From the IMG/VR virus record IMGVR_UViG_3300026302_000005, positions 337,301 to 375,937 of that record: DNA of 38,637 nt. One strand, written 5' to 3'. Source of the stretch: a virus. Its lineage: Duplodnaviria > Heunggongvirae > Uroviricota > Caudoviricetes. The position numbers and the translations under genes are program-made. Of the stretch, positions 1 through 8,881 are shown in pieces (the stretch's first letter is position 1; the number at the start of each line of letters is the position of its first letter). The notes under the pieces were generated by a model. That model was not told the DNA's origin and made no database searches. It was given only the letters and a program-made list of their open reading frames with translations.

Positions 1-240
1 AAGACGACGGTTTCCCGCCATGCTACGGACATCATCGTTTGCACGTAGGTCTTCCATCAGAACGTCCTCCCCACCATTTTCTCCCAGAACCTGAATCGTA
101 TATGCGGTGCCATAGACGGCTTCCATCATATCACGAACCGTGATCTTACCGAGCATTCGTCGGGTTTTTCCAATCTCATCCCGGGCATCTTCAAGTGCCT
201 CCAGATCAAGATCACTAAAGGTAAATCCAGCCATAGTCAT
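1..240 (-). CDS. hypothetical protein (3' end runs off window)
   Basis: Not in the ORF track. ATG at 240 has GGAGG just upstream and TAAATA at 254-259. The frame (MTMAGFTFSDLDLEALEDARDEIGK...) stays open to base 1. Confidence 0.7.
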   Translation of the reverse strand, partial: MTMAGFTFSDLDLEALEDARDEIGKTRRMLGKITVRDMMEAVYGTAYTIQVLGENGGEDVLMEDLRANDDVRSMAGNRRL

Positions 241-275
241 ATCCTCCGCTCTGTATTTAGCAGTATTGCAAATTT

Positions 276-515
276 TCAGTGCGTCTGATCGGGGCTGTTC
301 AATTTTTCATGAACGTCGGGAACCTCAATCGAGAGCTTTAGCTTTGCCCCAGCGATTGCCGCCACCCCTGGTTGAGCCGGATCAACATGCAGATGTAGCA
401 TCATGACCAATGGGGATTGGGGGAGGGTCTGTTCGAAGCGATACGTGGCAATGCCGGTTTCCATGAAGGTGGTTAGCTCGCCATGGGCTTCCACCTGGAT
501 TGTGTTTGATACCAT
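276..515 (-). CDS. hypothetical protein
   Basis: 79 aa ORF with AAGGAG RBS, co-oriented with both neighbours. Confidence 0.65.
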   Translation of the reverse strand: MVSNTIQVEAHGELTTFMETGIATYRFEQTLPQSPLVMMLHLHVDPAQPGVAAIAGAKLKLSIEVPDVHEKLNSPDQTH

Positions 516-537
516 CAGTGCAGTCTCCTTATGACTG

Positions 538-978
538 TCAGATGGGTATGGCAGTTCCCTGTTTCAAGGTCCTGAATCGATCCATGTCGGTCTTGGTTTT
601 CGCCTTATGACAGTCGTGACAGAGCAACTGCATGTTCTCGCTGCCGTAGTATGACAGGTCCCCACCGGCTTCAAACAGCGGCTTGATGTGATCGACATGG
701 AAATCTTTCATCAACAAGGATTTACATGAACATCCCTGACAGGTTCCGTGCTCTCTCCGGAACACAAACTTCCTGGCCTCGGTCGGGCTGTTCATGACTT
801 TCCATCGGTCTGCACAAGCCTGGTGCCAGTGCTTCCGGTTGTTCTGAACTCCACCCTCGATGATGGACTGACCACAGAACCTACAGGTGCCACGGGGACA
901 GTCCCATGATACCGGTCTTGGTGCCTGTCTGTGGTTGCCCGGTTTTCTATCCCGGGATCGCTTCTTTCTACGTGCCAT
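538..978 (-). CDS. HNH endonuclease with N-terminal Zn-binding motif
   Basis: CRFCG..HWHQAC, then RREHGTCQGC, HVDHIKPL..GG and ENMQLLCHDCHKAKT (HNH signature). Confidence 0.85.
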   Translation of the reverse strand: MARRKKRSRDRKPGNHRQAPRPVSWDCPRGTCRFCGQSIIEGGVQNNRKHWHQACADRWKVMNSPTEARKFVFRREHGTCQGCSCKSLLMKDFHVDHIKPLFEAGGDLSYYGSENMQLLCHDCHKAKTKTDMDRFRTLKQGTAIPI

Positions 979-1032
979 GATGCTCTTACCTCACTGGTAT
1001 TTGGTAAATATGTCGAACACCAAGGATTACCA

Positions 1033-3072
1033 ATGGACTTCCTCGATTGCATTCGTCACGTGACTCTGAAAGAAGCTGCCGGTAGGTTTCCGCTGGCGGA
1101 GAACTCTGCCACATACAAACAGATGATGGGGCCGGTAATCCAGGCCATGAGCAAGCTCGATCCCGGTAAAGGTGGGGCCATCTCTGACCAGGTTGCCTAC
1201 TACAAGAATGCGCTCGGTCGTGCAGATCGAATCATCTGGGCCCTACGGTGGCTTCGTCTGAGTTGGCTCAAGAACATGCTGAACATCACCGAGGACCCAC
1301 GGAATCTCGGGCGGGAAGATCATGATGAAGAATACCGCAAGCTGACCGACTGGATATGGACGGCACACCGTAAAGCCACAGCAGAACTCCTGAAATCCAA
1401 TCCAGCTTACGACGGGAACATGGAAACCCTTCTGGATCAGCTTAGCCGATTCGACAGCAGAACGTTTGCAAACCAGCTTCACCACTTCATGTCCTACACG
1501 GACAACCAATCGACCAACTACATCAAAGCGTTGGATGATATCGTGTGGCAGTGGCAAGCCCCGGACGACCTGATCAACCAACTTCTCCAGGCCGAAAAAG
1601 ATTGGAAGGAAAGTCGAGACCAGGAACTACCCCACGCCGACGATAGCTACAGTAGTGCCAAAAAGATCATTGACTTCGGTGATGGATATGCATGGTGGAA
1701 TCTCGACGTCCAATATTGTGACGACGAGGGGTCCAGTATGGGCCACTGTGGGAATAACTCCCACATGAAGAAGGATGGTGATATCCTACTGAGCTTCCGT
1801 CAAGAGATCGTTCGTGGTGGGGAACGCTTTCATATCCCATACATGACGTTCATTCTTAACAACGGGTGGCTGGGGGAGATGAAAGGGCGGGGTAACGAAA
1901 AGCCCGCGAAGCGGTATCACCCATACATCGTTGCGTTGTTGAAGTCCAAGTATATCGAGGGGATTCGGGGCGGGGGATATTTGCCGGAGAACAACTTCTC
2001 CGTCTATGATCTGACTCAGGAGCAACGGGATGATCTGATCGCGGTCAAACCGTCTCTTGAACCATTGCTGGACAAATACAAACGTATGGGAGCCACACCA
2101 GAAGTCATCAAGATGGCCCAGGATGAAGCGTATAACGCCAGTCTACCATCAATCTATGGCATCGAAGAGGATGGAACCGTAGTCTTGCAGCACTGGGATG
2201 ATCTAACCAGACTGGCAGGCGATGTGTATGGGTTTGCCCCACTGGATGCTATCGTTAAGGCCATCGAAGACCCCGATGAAATCGATCAGGATAAGCGAGA
2301 TGCCGCCAGCGATAGACTCAATCTGGACGATCAGGACGTGTTCGAATTTCTGACCTACCTCCCAGAGCAATATGTCAAGAAAATCGCAGACAGCCTGGGT
2401 CTATCTGGGGATGTGACATCACGCAGGTTCCTGGAGAAGATTGCCCTACACGTGGATCGGTCTAAATTTCGTAGATTGATCGCCGATTCGTTCGTAGCGA
2501 CCTCCACGTTCTCCGGCATCACCGAAGAGCCAGAATTCACCGACTACATCAGTCTAGTCCTTCAAACGCTAGAACGCGGAACTTATCTAGGAAGTGCCGG
2601 TCTGCGGTGGGATGGTGATTTCGACGATCCGGTGCGACTTGAGATTTCATTCGGGGATTTTGTCTCAGGTATCGATGATGCCATGGGTGGCGATGACTAT
2701 GATTCCGATGATAGTGGCTTCCGCAATCGTGTCGGATCATCAGACTGGTTCGAAGCAGAGGGCTACAACATTCGAGATGCATGGGAAGAGTATGATCCCA
2801 AACAGAGCAACCAAGACATTCAGACCTGGAACAAGGACGGGATTGAACTTCGCAAACAGTTTGATGGCCCACTAGGATTGAATAAGAAGAAGGGTGATCC
2901 GGATTCTGATGATCTCATCATGGGTGACATCGATCACCGGGAGGCCGCTCGGTGGTTTGTCGATCACCTTGATTCGATCAAGCACCAGTCAAAGGGGTTG
3001 TTCAACTCCAAAAAGCCCAAGTCGGAGTTCGACAAGCTTCTGGAAGAGATACGAAAAAGGGCCGGTCTCTAA
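1033..3072 (+). CDS. PcfJ-like domain protein, putative head-packaged protein
   Basis: Motifs DEGSSMGHCG, LLSFR and GEMKGRGNEKP..RYHPYI resemble PcfJ-like domains. Start moved to ATG 1033 (AAGGA RBS; TAAATA at 1005-1010), because the track start at 931 overlaps the divergent HNH gene. Confidence 0.7.
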   Translation: MDFLDCIRHVTLKEAAGRFPLAENSATYKQMMGPVIQAMSKLDPGKGGAISDQVAYYKNALGRADRIIWALRWLRLSWLKNMLNITEDPRNLGREDHDEEYRKLTDWIWTAHRKATAELLKSNPAYDGNMETLLDQLSRFDSRTFANQLHHFMSYTDNQSTNYIKALDDIVWQWQAPDDLINQLLQAEKDWKESRDQELPHADDSYSSAKKIIDFGDGYAWWNLDVQYCDDEGSSMGHCGNNSHMKKDGDILLSFRQEIVRGGERFHIPYMTFILNNGWLGEMKGRGNEKPAKRYHPYIVALLKSKYIEGIRGGGYLPENNFSVYDLTQEQRDDLIAVKPSLEPLLDKYKRMGATPEVIKMAQDEAYNASLPSIYGIEEDGTVVLQHWDDLTRLAGDVYGFAPLDAIVKAIEDPDEIDQDKRDAASDRLNLDDQDVFEFLTYLPEQYVKKIADSLGLSGDVTSRRFLEKIALHVDRSKFRRLIADSFVATSTFSGITEEPEFTDYISLVLQTLERGTYLGSAGLRWDGDFDDPVRLEISFGDFVSGIDDAMGGDDYDSDDSGFRNRVGSSDWFEAEGYNIRDAWEEYDPKQSNQDIQTWNKDGIELRKQFDGPLGLNKKKGDPDSDDLIMGDIDHREAARWFVDHLDSIKHQSKGLFNSKKPKSEFDKLLEEIRKRAGL

Positions 3073-3085
3073 GACCAGCCCTTTT
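3054..3085. terminator. bidirectional intrinsic terminator
   Basis: AAAAAGGGC-C-GGTCT-CTA-AGACC-A-GCCCTTTT: a hairpin with A and T tracts on either side, between convergent genes. Confidence 0.7.
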
Positions 3086-3107
3086 CGTTCCCAGCCGATC
3101 ATATAGA

Positions 3108-3254
3108 TCAAACCGAGCCGTAAGCCGTTTCACGGGCAATCGTCTCGATGTCGCAGCGGGAGATGCCAAGATCACGCAGTTCGTGGTCGGACAGGCGGCT
3201 CAGTTCGTTGCGGGTGGTGCGGGCCATTTTCAGCTTGCGCAGGTAGTTCAACAT
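3108..3254 (-). CDS. DUF1127 (YjiS-like) small protein, 48 aa
   Basis: Missed by the ORF track. Manual translation gives MLNYLRKLKMARTTRNELSRLSDHELRDLGISRCDIETIARETAYGSV; EL..LSD.EL.DLG.SR.DI is the DUF1127 signature. GAGGA RBS present. Confidence 0.88.
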   Translation of the reverse strand: MLNYLRKLKMARTTRNELSRLSDHELRDLGISRCDIETIARETAYGSV

Positions 3255-3301
3255 GATAGTTCATCCTCGATTGGTTAAATGCTGCGGTGCAGCACACCTG
3301 G

Positions 3302-3378
3302 TATTTAAGGATGAAATCGATGGGTGTCCAGCCGAAACAGACTGATTCTGGTGAGAACCCGTCATGCATAAAGCGCAT
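3302..3378 (-). promoter_or_regulatory. promoter (TGGACA-N17-TAAATA) with upstream LysR-type T-N11-A palindrome
   Basis: -35 at 3325-3330, -10 at 3302-3307, and palindrome ATGC-N7-GCAT at 3364-3378. Confidence 0.5.
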
Positions 3379-3415
3379 GGCTAGTGTCACAAATGTGTTA
3401 GCTTGTGGGTGATTG

Positions 3416-3489
3416 TGGAGGCCAGGAAGGGAGTTGAACCCCTCTTACGGGATTTGCAATCCCGCGCATAACCGCTCTGCCACCTGGCC
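3416..3489 (-). tRNA. trnC: tRNA-Cys(GCA) with encoded CCA
   Basis: Reverse complement GGCCAGGTGGCAGAGCGGTTATGCGCGGGATTGCAAATCCCGTAAGAGGGGTTCAACTCCCTTCCTGGCCTCCA folds as a cloverleaf with anticodon GCA and T-loop TTCAAC. Confidence 0.95.
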
Positions 3490-3529
3490 GTCATATGAAG
3501 CTGCGTGGCTTGCCTTGCTTCATACTGTG

Positions 3530-3558
3530 TATTTATGGAATCACTTCTGGTTTGTCAA
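3530..3558 (-). promoter_or_regulatory. tRNA promoter TTGACA-N17-TAAATA
   Basis: TGTCAA at 3553-3558 and TATTTA at 3530-3535 on the + strand, with a 17 nt spacer. Confidence 0.65.
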
Positions 3559-3571
3559 GAGTGATCTGCTA

Positions 3572-3997
3572 TCAGTGTTGAATTTCGATGCGTTCCAGGT
3601 CCCGCATGGTGTCCAGGATGTTCTTGGCCCCAATCGGGTTCTGCGAATGAACCACATATTGGAAGCCCTCAAACACCCGAAGCTCTCCATCCAGGACCAT
3701 CTCGACGATAGCCTTGGCCACATCGTGGCCAGTCATCCGGTTCTCACCCAGGTCATGGTCGAAGCTGATGCCATCAGGGAGTCCATCAGGGGTCAACCGA
3801 CGGAGCATTTCCATCAAGGCTTCACCGGTGCGGAAGATAACCCAGTGGCGATCCGGACGTTCGACCGGCTCACGCTCATCATCCAAGAACCACCAGAGTT
3901 CGGGTGCTACAGGTGCATCATGCCCGAGGACCAAGGTGATGGTCCGGGAGATCGTGAACAACGGGGGTGTCTGTGGTTGTGTGGCTTTGGTTTTCAT
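3572..3997 (-). CDS. cyclic-phosphate-processing receiver-like domain protein
   Basis: Motifs FLDDER, ISFDHDLG...TGHD and HSQNPIGA. Start set at MKTK, downstream of a TTGACA promoter at 4030-4035. Confidence 0.75.
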   Translation of the reverse strand: MKTKATQPQTPPLFTISRTITLVLGHDAPVAPELWWFLDDEREPVERPDRHWVIFRTGEALMEMLRRLTPDGLPDGISFDHDLGENRMTGHDVAKAIVEMVLDGELRVFEGFQYVVHSQNPIGAKNILDTMRDLERIEIQH

Positions 3998-4031
3998 GAT
4001 GACCCAGTATATCGGGATCATCCGCCGAATG

Positions 4032-5534
4032 TCAACCCAACGCCTGAATCATTTCTTCGGCTGAGTTGAACTTCCGACTGTTCATGAAGAACCGCCCGGA
4101 CCCGCGATGCACCGTGATATAGTCACGGAGTTCCCGTTTGGCCTGTCGGGTCGGTGGGTGGTCGAACTGAATGACCAGTTCTCCAGTCCCACGTGCATGA
4201 GTGCGAACCCGTATCCATCCATGCTCCAGACCCACTTCCACCGCGATCTCCCGACTATCCGCGTCGTCTTCGTCTTCCAACCGCTGATCCACGATGGCGT
4301 CTAGTTCTGGATCATCGAAGACAAACTCAGCATGGTGGATCGGCTCCATGGGGTTCGGCTCCAGATGCAGAACTTCACCGTTCGGCTTGACCCAACAACC
4401 ACCCCATTCCAATTGGGACTCGGAGATCGGGTCTTGTGACACGATGCGTATCCTTTTCGGATCAAAGACGGCGTAGTCACGACGGATCACCGTATCATAC
4501 AGTAGATCGGTGTCGGACTGCTCAATCACGATGCCATCATATCCCTGACGGATGAGTGCGGTCCGCATCTGCTTGTTGCCATTATAGTTGTCGAAGTCGG
4601 CCAGGAAGTCCTGGTAGGTATCATAGGATTTCATTTTGTTCAGGTCGATGCTGGCAGTGACCAGAACCGGATTATCATCAACCATACGCTGGGCAGACCT
4701 ACCGATGTATTTTGCAACCTCTGGGTTCTCGGTGAACCAGATGCCGATACCGCTCGGATGAAATTTGTTGTCCTGGCTATACATCCGACCAGTGATCTTT
4801 CGTGGGGCCCCATGATAGAGTGTATGATCGGCCATCTCATTGCGGATAACATCGATCAGTCCCGGAGACATCACCATCCGCACGGTAGCAGCGGGCCCAC
4901 CACCCATGTAGTTGTCCTGGATACCAACAACGTCTACGATATCGAAGCCAAACTCATCCACGATGGCGGCTAGACTGTCGGTGCTGATTCGGTTGCCATC
5001 GCCTCGGACCTGGTTGGCAAACTGGGCCAGTGCATGATCGATCTGATCCTGCTGGATACCCGCTGATCGTAGTCCTTGTCGCACTGAATCAATACTGATG
5101 CCCCGGAAGTTCTGTCCCCGCCCGTTGATGGTGAGGGTTTTGCCAGGTTGGACGTGAACCGGTATGATGCCGGGAACTGCGGCCTGGTGATCGAATGCCA
5201 GTTTGTCATCGGCGTAAGTCTTGGCTACAGATCGATTGTTCGTCAAGAACACCGGTGAACGCACCTTCTTGAATTGGGTAAGCTTGGCGATTGCATCCAA
5301 CAAATCCCAGTATTTCGGTGGGCGATCCTGACCGGTCATCAGCGGCATCTGCGCAATCTGTGCCTGGATAGCCTTCCATTGATCGGGATCGGTGATGTAG
5401 CTGACCGATAGTGTGCGGTTCTCGAACTTGGTGAAATTCTGGAGTTCCGGGGTGCCGTGATACCACACAGTAGTGTCGGCCTCGTTCACCGAGGGGGTAT
5501 GGGTTTGGCTATGGAATAGTTCTAGCAGTCGCAT
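4032..5534 (-). CDS. three-module protein with two ADP-ribosyltransferase-like (ART-PolyVal-like) domains
   Basis: Module 1: WYHGT...VFLT....AKTYA...GFD. Module 2: LYHG...GIWFT....AKY...GYDGIV...YAVFDP. Module 3: GCWVKPNG...HH...GWIRV. Starts MRLLELF; TAAATA at 5553-5558. Confidence 0.7.
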   Translation of the reverse strand: MRLLELFHSQTHTPSVNEADTTVWYHGTPELQNFTKFENRTLSVSYITDPDQWKAIQAQIAQMPLMTGQDRPPKYWDLLDAIAKLTQFKKVRSPVFLTNNRSVAKTYADDKLAFDHQAAVPGIIPVHVQPGKTLTINGRGQNFRGISIDSVRQGLRSAGIQQDQIDHALAQFANQVRGDGNRISTDSLAAIVDEFGFDIVDVVGIQDNYMGGGPAATVRMVMSPGLIDVIRNEMADHTLYHGAPRKITGRMYSQDNKFHPSGIGIWFTENPEVAKYIGRSAQRMVDDNPVLVTASIDLNKMKSYDTYQDFLADFDNYNGNKQMRTALIRQGYDGIVIEQSDTDLLYDTVIRRDYAVFDPKRIRIVSQDPISESQLEWGGCWVKPNGEVLHLEPNPMEPIHHAEFVFDDPELDAIVDQRLEDEDDADSREIAVEVGLEHGWIRVRTHARGTGELVIQFDHPPTRQAKRELRDYITVHRGSGRFFMNSRKFNSAEEMIQALG

Positions 5535-5573
5535 CTGTGGCCCTCGCTGTGGTATTTATGGGCACAATCGGTC

Positions 5574-5602
5574 TTGACACCTGGTTCACCCATCGCTATG
5601 AC
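5574..5602 (+). promoter_or_regulatory. sigma70-like promoter TTGACA-N17-TATGAC
   Basis: Lies ahead of the GGAGG RBS of the 5623 gene. Confidence 0.6.
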
Positions 5603-5622
5603 TGTCGCAAACGGAGGACTTC

Positions 5623-6063
5623 ATGCTCAACACCTCACCCATCAACCTGATCGGAGCCGCCTTTATGATGGCCCTGGCCGTGATCTTCGGAACATCCATG
5701 AACACCGTGGGCCAATACACCACCCCACAGGCATGGGAGATCAGGTTTCAAAGCGAAATGGTGTTTGCACCCACCGAGGTGTATCGAACAATCGTTGATG
5801 ATGTGGTGTGGCGGTTCGAGAAGAACCCCGAATACGTCGTAGTCATCAATGCACATCAGAGCCCAGACCTCCCAGATGGAACCGGTCTGGCGTGGGCTGA
5901 ACAACTCAAGACCACGATGGTCAATCATGGAGTTGATCCTGCCAGCATCCTGGTGAGCGATCATGGTAGCTCGATGGCCCCGGAACGAGGTGCTCACGAA
6001 ACCCACGCCCTGTGGGAAAAGCGTCTGAACCGGGTGGTCGTCGAAATGCAATGGGGGAACTGA
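5623..6063 (+). CDS. membrane-anchored OmpA-C-like protein
   Basis: N-terminal hydrophobic helix. GVDPASI.V..HGSSMAP...NRVVVE resembles the OmpA-like C-terminal domain but is divergent. Confidence 0.5.
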   Translation: MLNTSPINLIGAAFMMALAVIFGTSMNTVGQYTTPQAWEIRFQSEMVFAPTEVYRTIVDDVVWRFEKNPEYVVVINAHQSPDLPDGTGLAWAEQLKTTMVNHGVDPASILVSDHGSSMAPERGAHETHALWEKRLNRVVVEMQWGN

Positions 6064-6785
6064 TGAGCAATAAACTCACACCCAAGGGAACACGCGCTCC
6101 TGTATTTGTATCCGATCTCAAGATCGATCCAAATCCCGGTGTCACTGCATCGGATCGAAACAAGATCATTGCTGGCACGTTTCTTACCGGCACCGCGTTG
6201 GCAAACCAACTGATCACGTGGCCGGGTATCGGTGAATTCTGGATCGCTGGCAACATCATGATCGGCATCATGATTGGAGCCGCAACATGGATGGTGATTC
6301 GGGTTCGTAAGACGCCCCGGCAGATTGCGATCCGACAATTCCGTCATCTGGGGGTCAGCGACGATCTGATTGAGAACGTCGTGATCAAAGGTCACGAGAT
6401 GGCGTTGAAGTTTGAAGAGATGGCCAAAACCATCAAGAGCCCGATGATCGGTTCCCAACTCGTCAAGATCGGCCAATTGATGCTTGACACGATCAAGGAC
6501 TTCGAGCATGATCCCACCGATATCCGTTCGTCACGCACGGTGTTCGCTCGGGTTATCGAACAGACGCCGAAGATCATCGACAACTTCCGGGTGATCGAAA
6601 CGCGCAAAGAATCGATGTCCACGGAAGAATTTCTTGAGCTTGCTATGGAAACAGAGCATGCCATGAACACAATGATCGCGGCATTGGAAACACAACGCTC
6701 CGCGAACAGCGATAACAACCGTCTAGCCCTCGGGGTGGACATCCAGGTAACCCACGATTTGCTCCAGAGAAGGACCCCCGCATGA
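6063..6785 (+). CDS. xpaC: XpaC-like (5-bromo-4-chloroindolyl phosphate hydrolysis family) membrane protein
   Basis: Two TM segments, then a helical domain with DFEHDP.DIRS.R..F. Directly upstream of TelA, the usual pairing. TGATG-coupled start at 6063. Confidence 0.65.
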   Translation: MSNKLTPKGTRAPVFVSDLKIDPNPGVTASDRNKIIAGTFLTGTALANQLITWPGIGEFWIAGNIMIGIMIGAATWMVIRVRKTPRQIAIRQFRHLGVSDDLIENVVIKGHEMALKFEEMAKTIKSPMIGSQLVKIGQLMLDTIKDFEHDPTDIRSSRTVFARVIEQTPKIIDNFRVIETRKESMSTEEFLELAMETEHAMNTMIAALETQRSANSDNNRLALGVDIQVTHDLLQRRTPA

Positions 6786-8212
6786 GCAAGAATACAGCGA
6801 CCAAGTTGAATCCGATGACGGAAATCACCGAAGCGGAAATCACTTCCGTGATGGGTGAGATCGATCTGACCAACACCAACAGCATTACCCGGTTCGGTGC
6901 CAGTGCATCCGAGCAGGCAACCCAGGTCAGCCGCCAGATGCTGACGGGCGTTCGTAACAAGGATGTCGGCCCGGTTGGCGATGTGATGAGCGAGATGATT
7001 CTCCAGATCAAGGGCCTTGATCCGACCTCTCTTACCGGTGGTGGCATCCTGGGATGGCTCAAGTCGAAAGCCTCGCGTGTTGCAGGCTTTGTCCAGAAGT
7101 TCGAGGAAGTCAGCGAGCAGATCGAAGCCATGGGCGACAACCTGCGTGGGCATCAGGTCACCCTGATGACATCCGTCGCCATGATGGATCGCCTCTACGA
7201 TGTGACCGTGGAGCAGTTCCACCGACTGGAAGTCTACATCCTGGCCGGTGAGCGTGTGCTGGCCGATCTGAATGAGAATGCTATCCCCGCGATGCAGCGG
7301 GAAGTCGAGACCGGTCAACCCGGCAAAGATGGCACTCCGGCTTCGTTGATGCCCCAGGCGTTCAGTGACCTCCAGAACCGTCGGGATCAACTGGACCGCA
7401 AGGTGCATGATCTCAAGCTGGTCCGCATGGTTGCTCTGCAATCGCTGCCGAAGATTCGTATCACCCAGGATACGGACAACTCGCTGATCTCGAAGATCGA
7501 CACGATCATCGCCACCACGATCCCGTTGTGGTATTCGGAAATGGCAATGGCCCTGGAAATCAACAAGACCATGCAGGCTGCGGAAGTCACCAGCGATGTG
7601 GCCGAGGCGACCAACAAGATGCTCACCCGTGGTGCAGATCAGTTCCAGAAGGCAACTCTGCTGGCTCGCAAGTCGGTCGAGAAGTCGGTGGTTGGTGTTG
7701 AAGCTGTGAAGCACATCAACGATACCATGATCAAGACCCTGGACAGCGTGGTGCAGATCACCAACGATGGTCGCAAGGCCCGTCGTGATGCCGAGCAATC
7801 CCTGATCGGGATGGAGACGGCCCTGCGTGATGCCCTCAAGCAGACCGCAGACGCCCGGATTGAAGCACCGAAGTCGCGGCCTGGTATGCGTCTACCGACA
7901 CCGACGGCCCGGACTGCGATCCCGGAACCGCGTCGGAGCCACCACGATGATGCCCTGGTGAGCAGTGATCCGTTCAACATGCACACCATGACCATGGCCA
8001 CGATCATCGCCGCCGATGACCCGCCGCCACGTGTGCATCACCGGACCTGGGATGACACCCCGTCCAGTTCCTCTCGGGATGACAGCTATGGTGGCAGCAG
8101 CTATGGCGGTGGCGGGCGTGACAGTGGTGGTTACAGCAGCGACTCCGGAAGCAGCTACAGCAGCGACTCCGGAAGCAGTGATGGTGGTGGTGGTGGTGGT
8201 GGCGGTGACTGA
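6782..8212 (+). CDS. telA: toxic anion resistance protein TelA/KlaA family with Gly/Ser-rich C-terminal extension
   Basis: SITRFGA..Q...S, VRNKDVGPVG..MSEM, KFEEVSEQIE, IRITQDTDNSLISKI..TTIPLW. Confidence 0.88.
   Translation: MSKNTATKLNPMTEITEAEITSVMGEIDLTNTNSITRFGASASEQATQVSRQMLTGVRNKDVGPVGDVMSEMILQIKGLDPTSLTGGGILGWLKSKASRVAGFVQKFEEVSEQIEAMGDNLRGHQVTLMTSVAMMDRLYDVTVEQFHRLEVYILAGERVLADLNENAIPAMQREVETGQPGKDGTPASLMPQAFSDLQNRRDQLDRKVHDLKLVRMVALQSLPKIRITQDTDNSLISKIDTIIATTIPLWYSEMAMALEINKTMQAAEVTSDVAEATNKMLTRGADQFQKATLLARKSVEKSVVGVEAVKHINDTMIKTLDSVVQITNDGRKARRDAEQSLIGMETALRDALKQTADARIEAPKSRPGMRLPTPTARTAIPEPRRSHHDDALVSSDPFNMHTMTMATIIAADDPPPRVHHRTWDDTPSSSSRDDSYGGSSYGGGGRDSGGYSSDSGSSYSSDSGSSDGGGGGGGGD
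8082..8209 (+). repeat. low-complexity coding repeat in the telA tail
   Basis: Near-perfect 24 nt unit TACAGCAGCGACTCCGGAAGCAG(C) twice, followed by a (GGT)n run. Confidence 0.8.
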
Positions 8213-8234
8213 TACCGTCCCAAAACCCCCGAAG

Positions 8235-8465
8235 ATGCCGACCAAACCGGCACTGGCAAACCTATGGCTGGCAGAGTTCAGCCATAGGGGCCATTGCTGT
8301 ATCTGTGGCAATCATGGAACCATTGATACTCGTGGAAAAGTATTCACCCCTGCCGGATACGAGTGTGGTGATCTGGTATACTGCATATGCCCGAATGGTC
8401 GGGTAATGAAAAAGCATGACAAGGACGGATCATGGTTACGGCAGCAGAAGCTCAAGAAGAACTGA
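8235..8465 (+). CDS. small Cys-rich hypothetical protein
   Basis: CCICG...YCICPNG. The start may instead be GTG 8205. The upstream part of the track ORF is a shadow of the telA repeat. Confidence 0.55.
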   Translation: MPTKPALANLWLAEFSHRGHCCICGNHGTIDTRGKVFTPAGYECGDLVYCICPNGRVMKKHDKDGSWLRQQKLKKN

Positions 8466-8881
8466 TTTACAACGCCATTCGTATGGAAAAGATCATATGG
8501 ATTGGTGGATGTCGAGAGGGGTTCTCCGATTCGGATTTCTTTGACGATCTACGTGATCTCACCGAAGTGGGGAATAAGATCGAACCTTCAATGAAGCCAA
8601 TTCTGGATGCCCCAGAATGGGCCTGGGATGATGAGGATGCATTCCTCGAATGGTGTTACAATACCAGGATCAACGGTTTTGTGATCGAGGTGGAATCACC
8701 AGTCCCCCAGTGGAGTGGTGATGATGAAATCGGAACCCACAGCTATTCATGGGGCTGCACCTACTCGACGTCCTTGTATGTGGAGAATCCACTGGATGCT
8801 GTTGCCCTAGCGGTGGCATGGAAAGATGCGCTTCATGCAGAGCTTTACGCCAAGTTCCTAGCGAAGAAGGCTACGATCTGA
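8432..8881 (+). CDS. hypothetical protein
   Basis: 149 aa acidic ORF continuing the operon. Confidence 0.65.
   Translation: MVTAAEAQEELIYNAIRMEKIIWIGGCREGFSDSDFFDDLRDLTEVGNKIEPSMKPILDAPEWAWDDEDAFLEWCYNTRINGFVIEVESPVPQWSGDDEIGTHSYSWGCTYSTSLYVENPLDAVALAVAWKDALHAELYAKFLAKKATI

Noticed and set aside
931-1032. Track start of the 713 aa ORF
   Set aside because: It overlaps the divergent HNH start and both promoters. ATG 1033 has the RBS.
3413-4069. 218 aa plus-strand ORF
   Set aside because: It runs antisense over tRNA-Cys and the receiver-like gene.
6392-7798. 468 aa minus-strand ORF
   Set aside because: Antisense shadow of xpaC-telA caused by third-position bias; no motifs. The same applies to 11888-12715, 16637-17629 and 23309-24202.
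8016-8204. Val/Ala/Thr-rich N-terminus of the 149 aa track ORF
   Set aside because: Alternative-frame reading of the telA Gly/Ser repeat.
8082-8209. Possible CRISPR-like or non-coding repeat array
   Set aside because: Only two short units with no spacers, in frame within telA. No CRISPR array is seen anywhere in the window.
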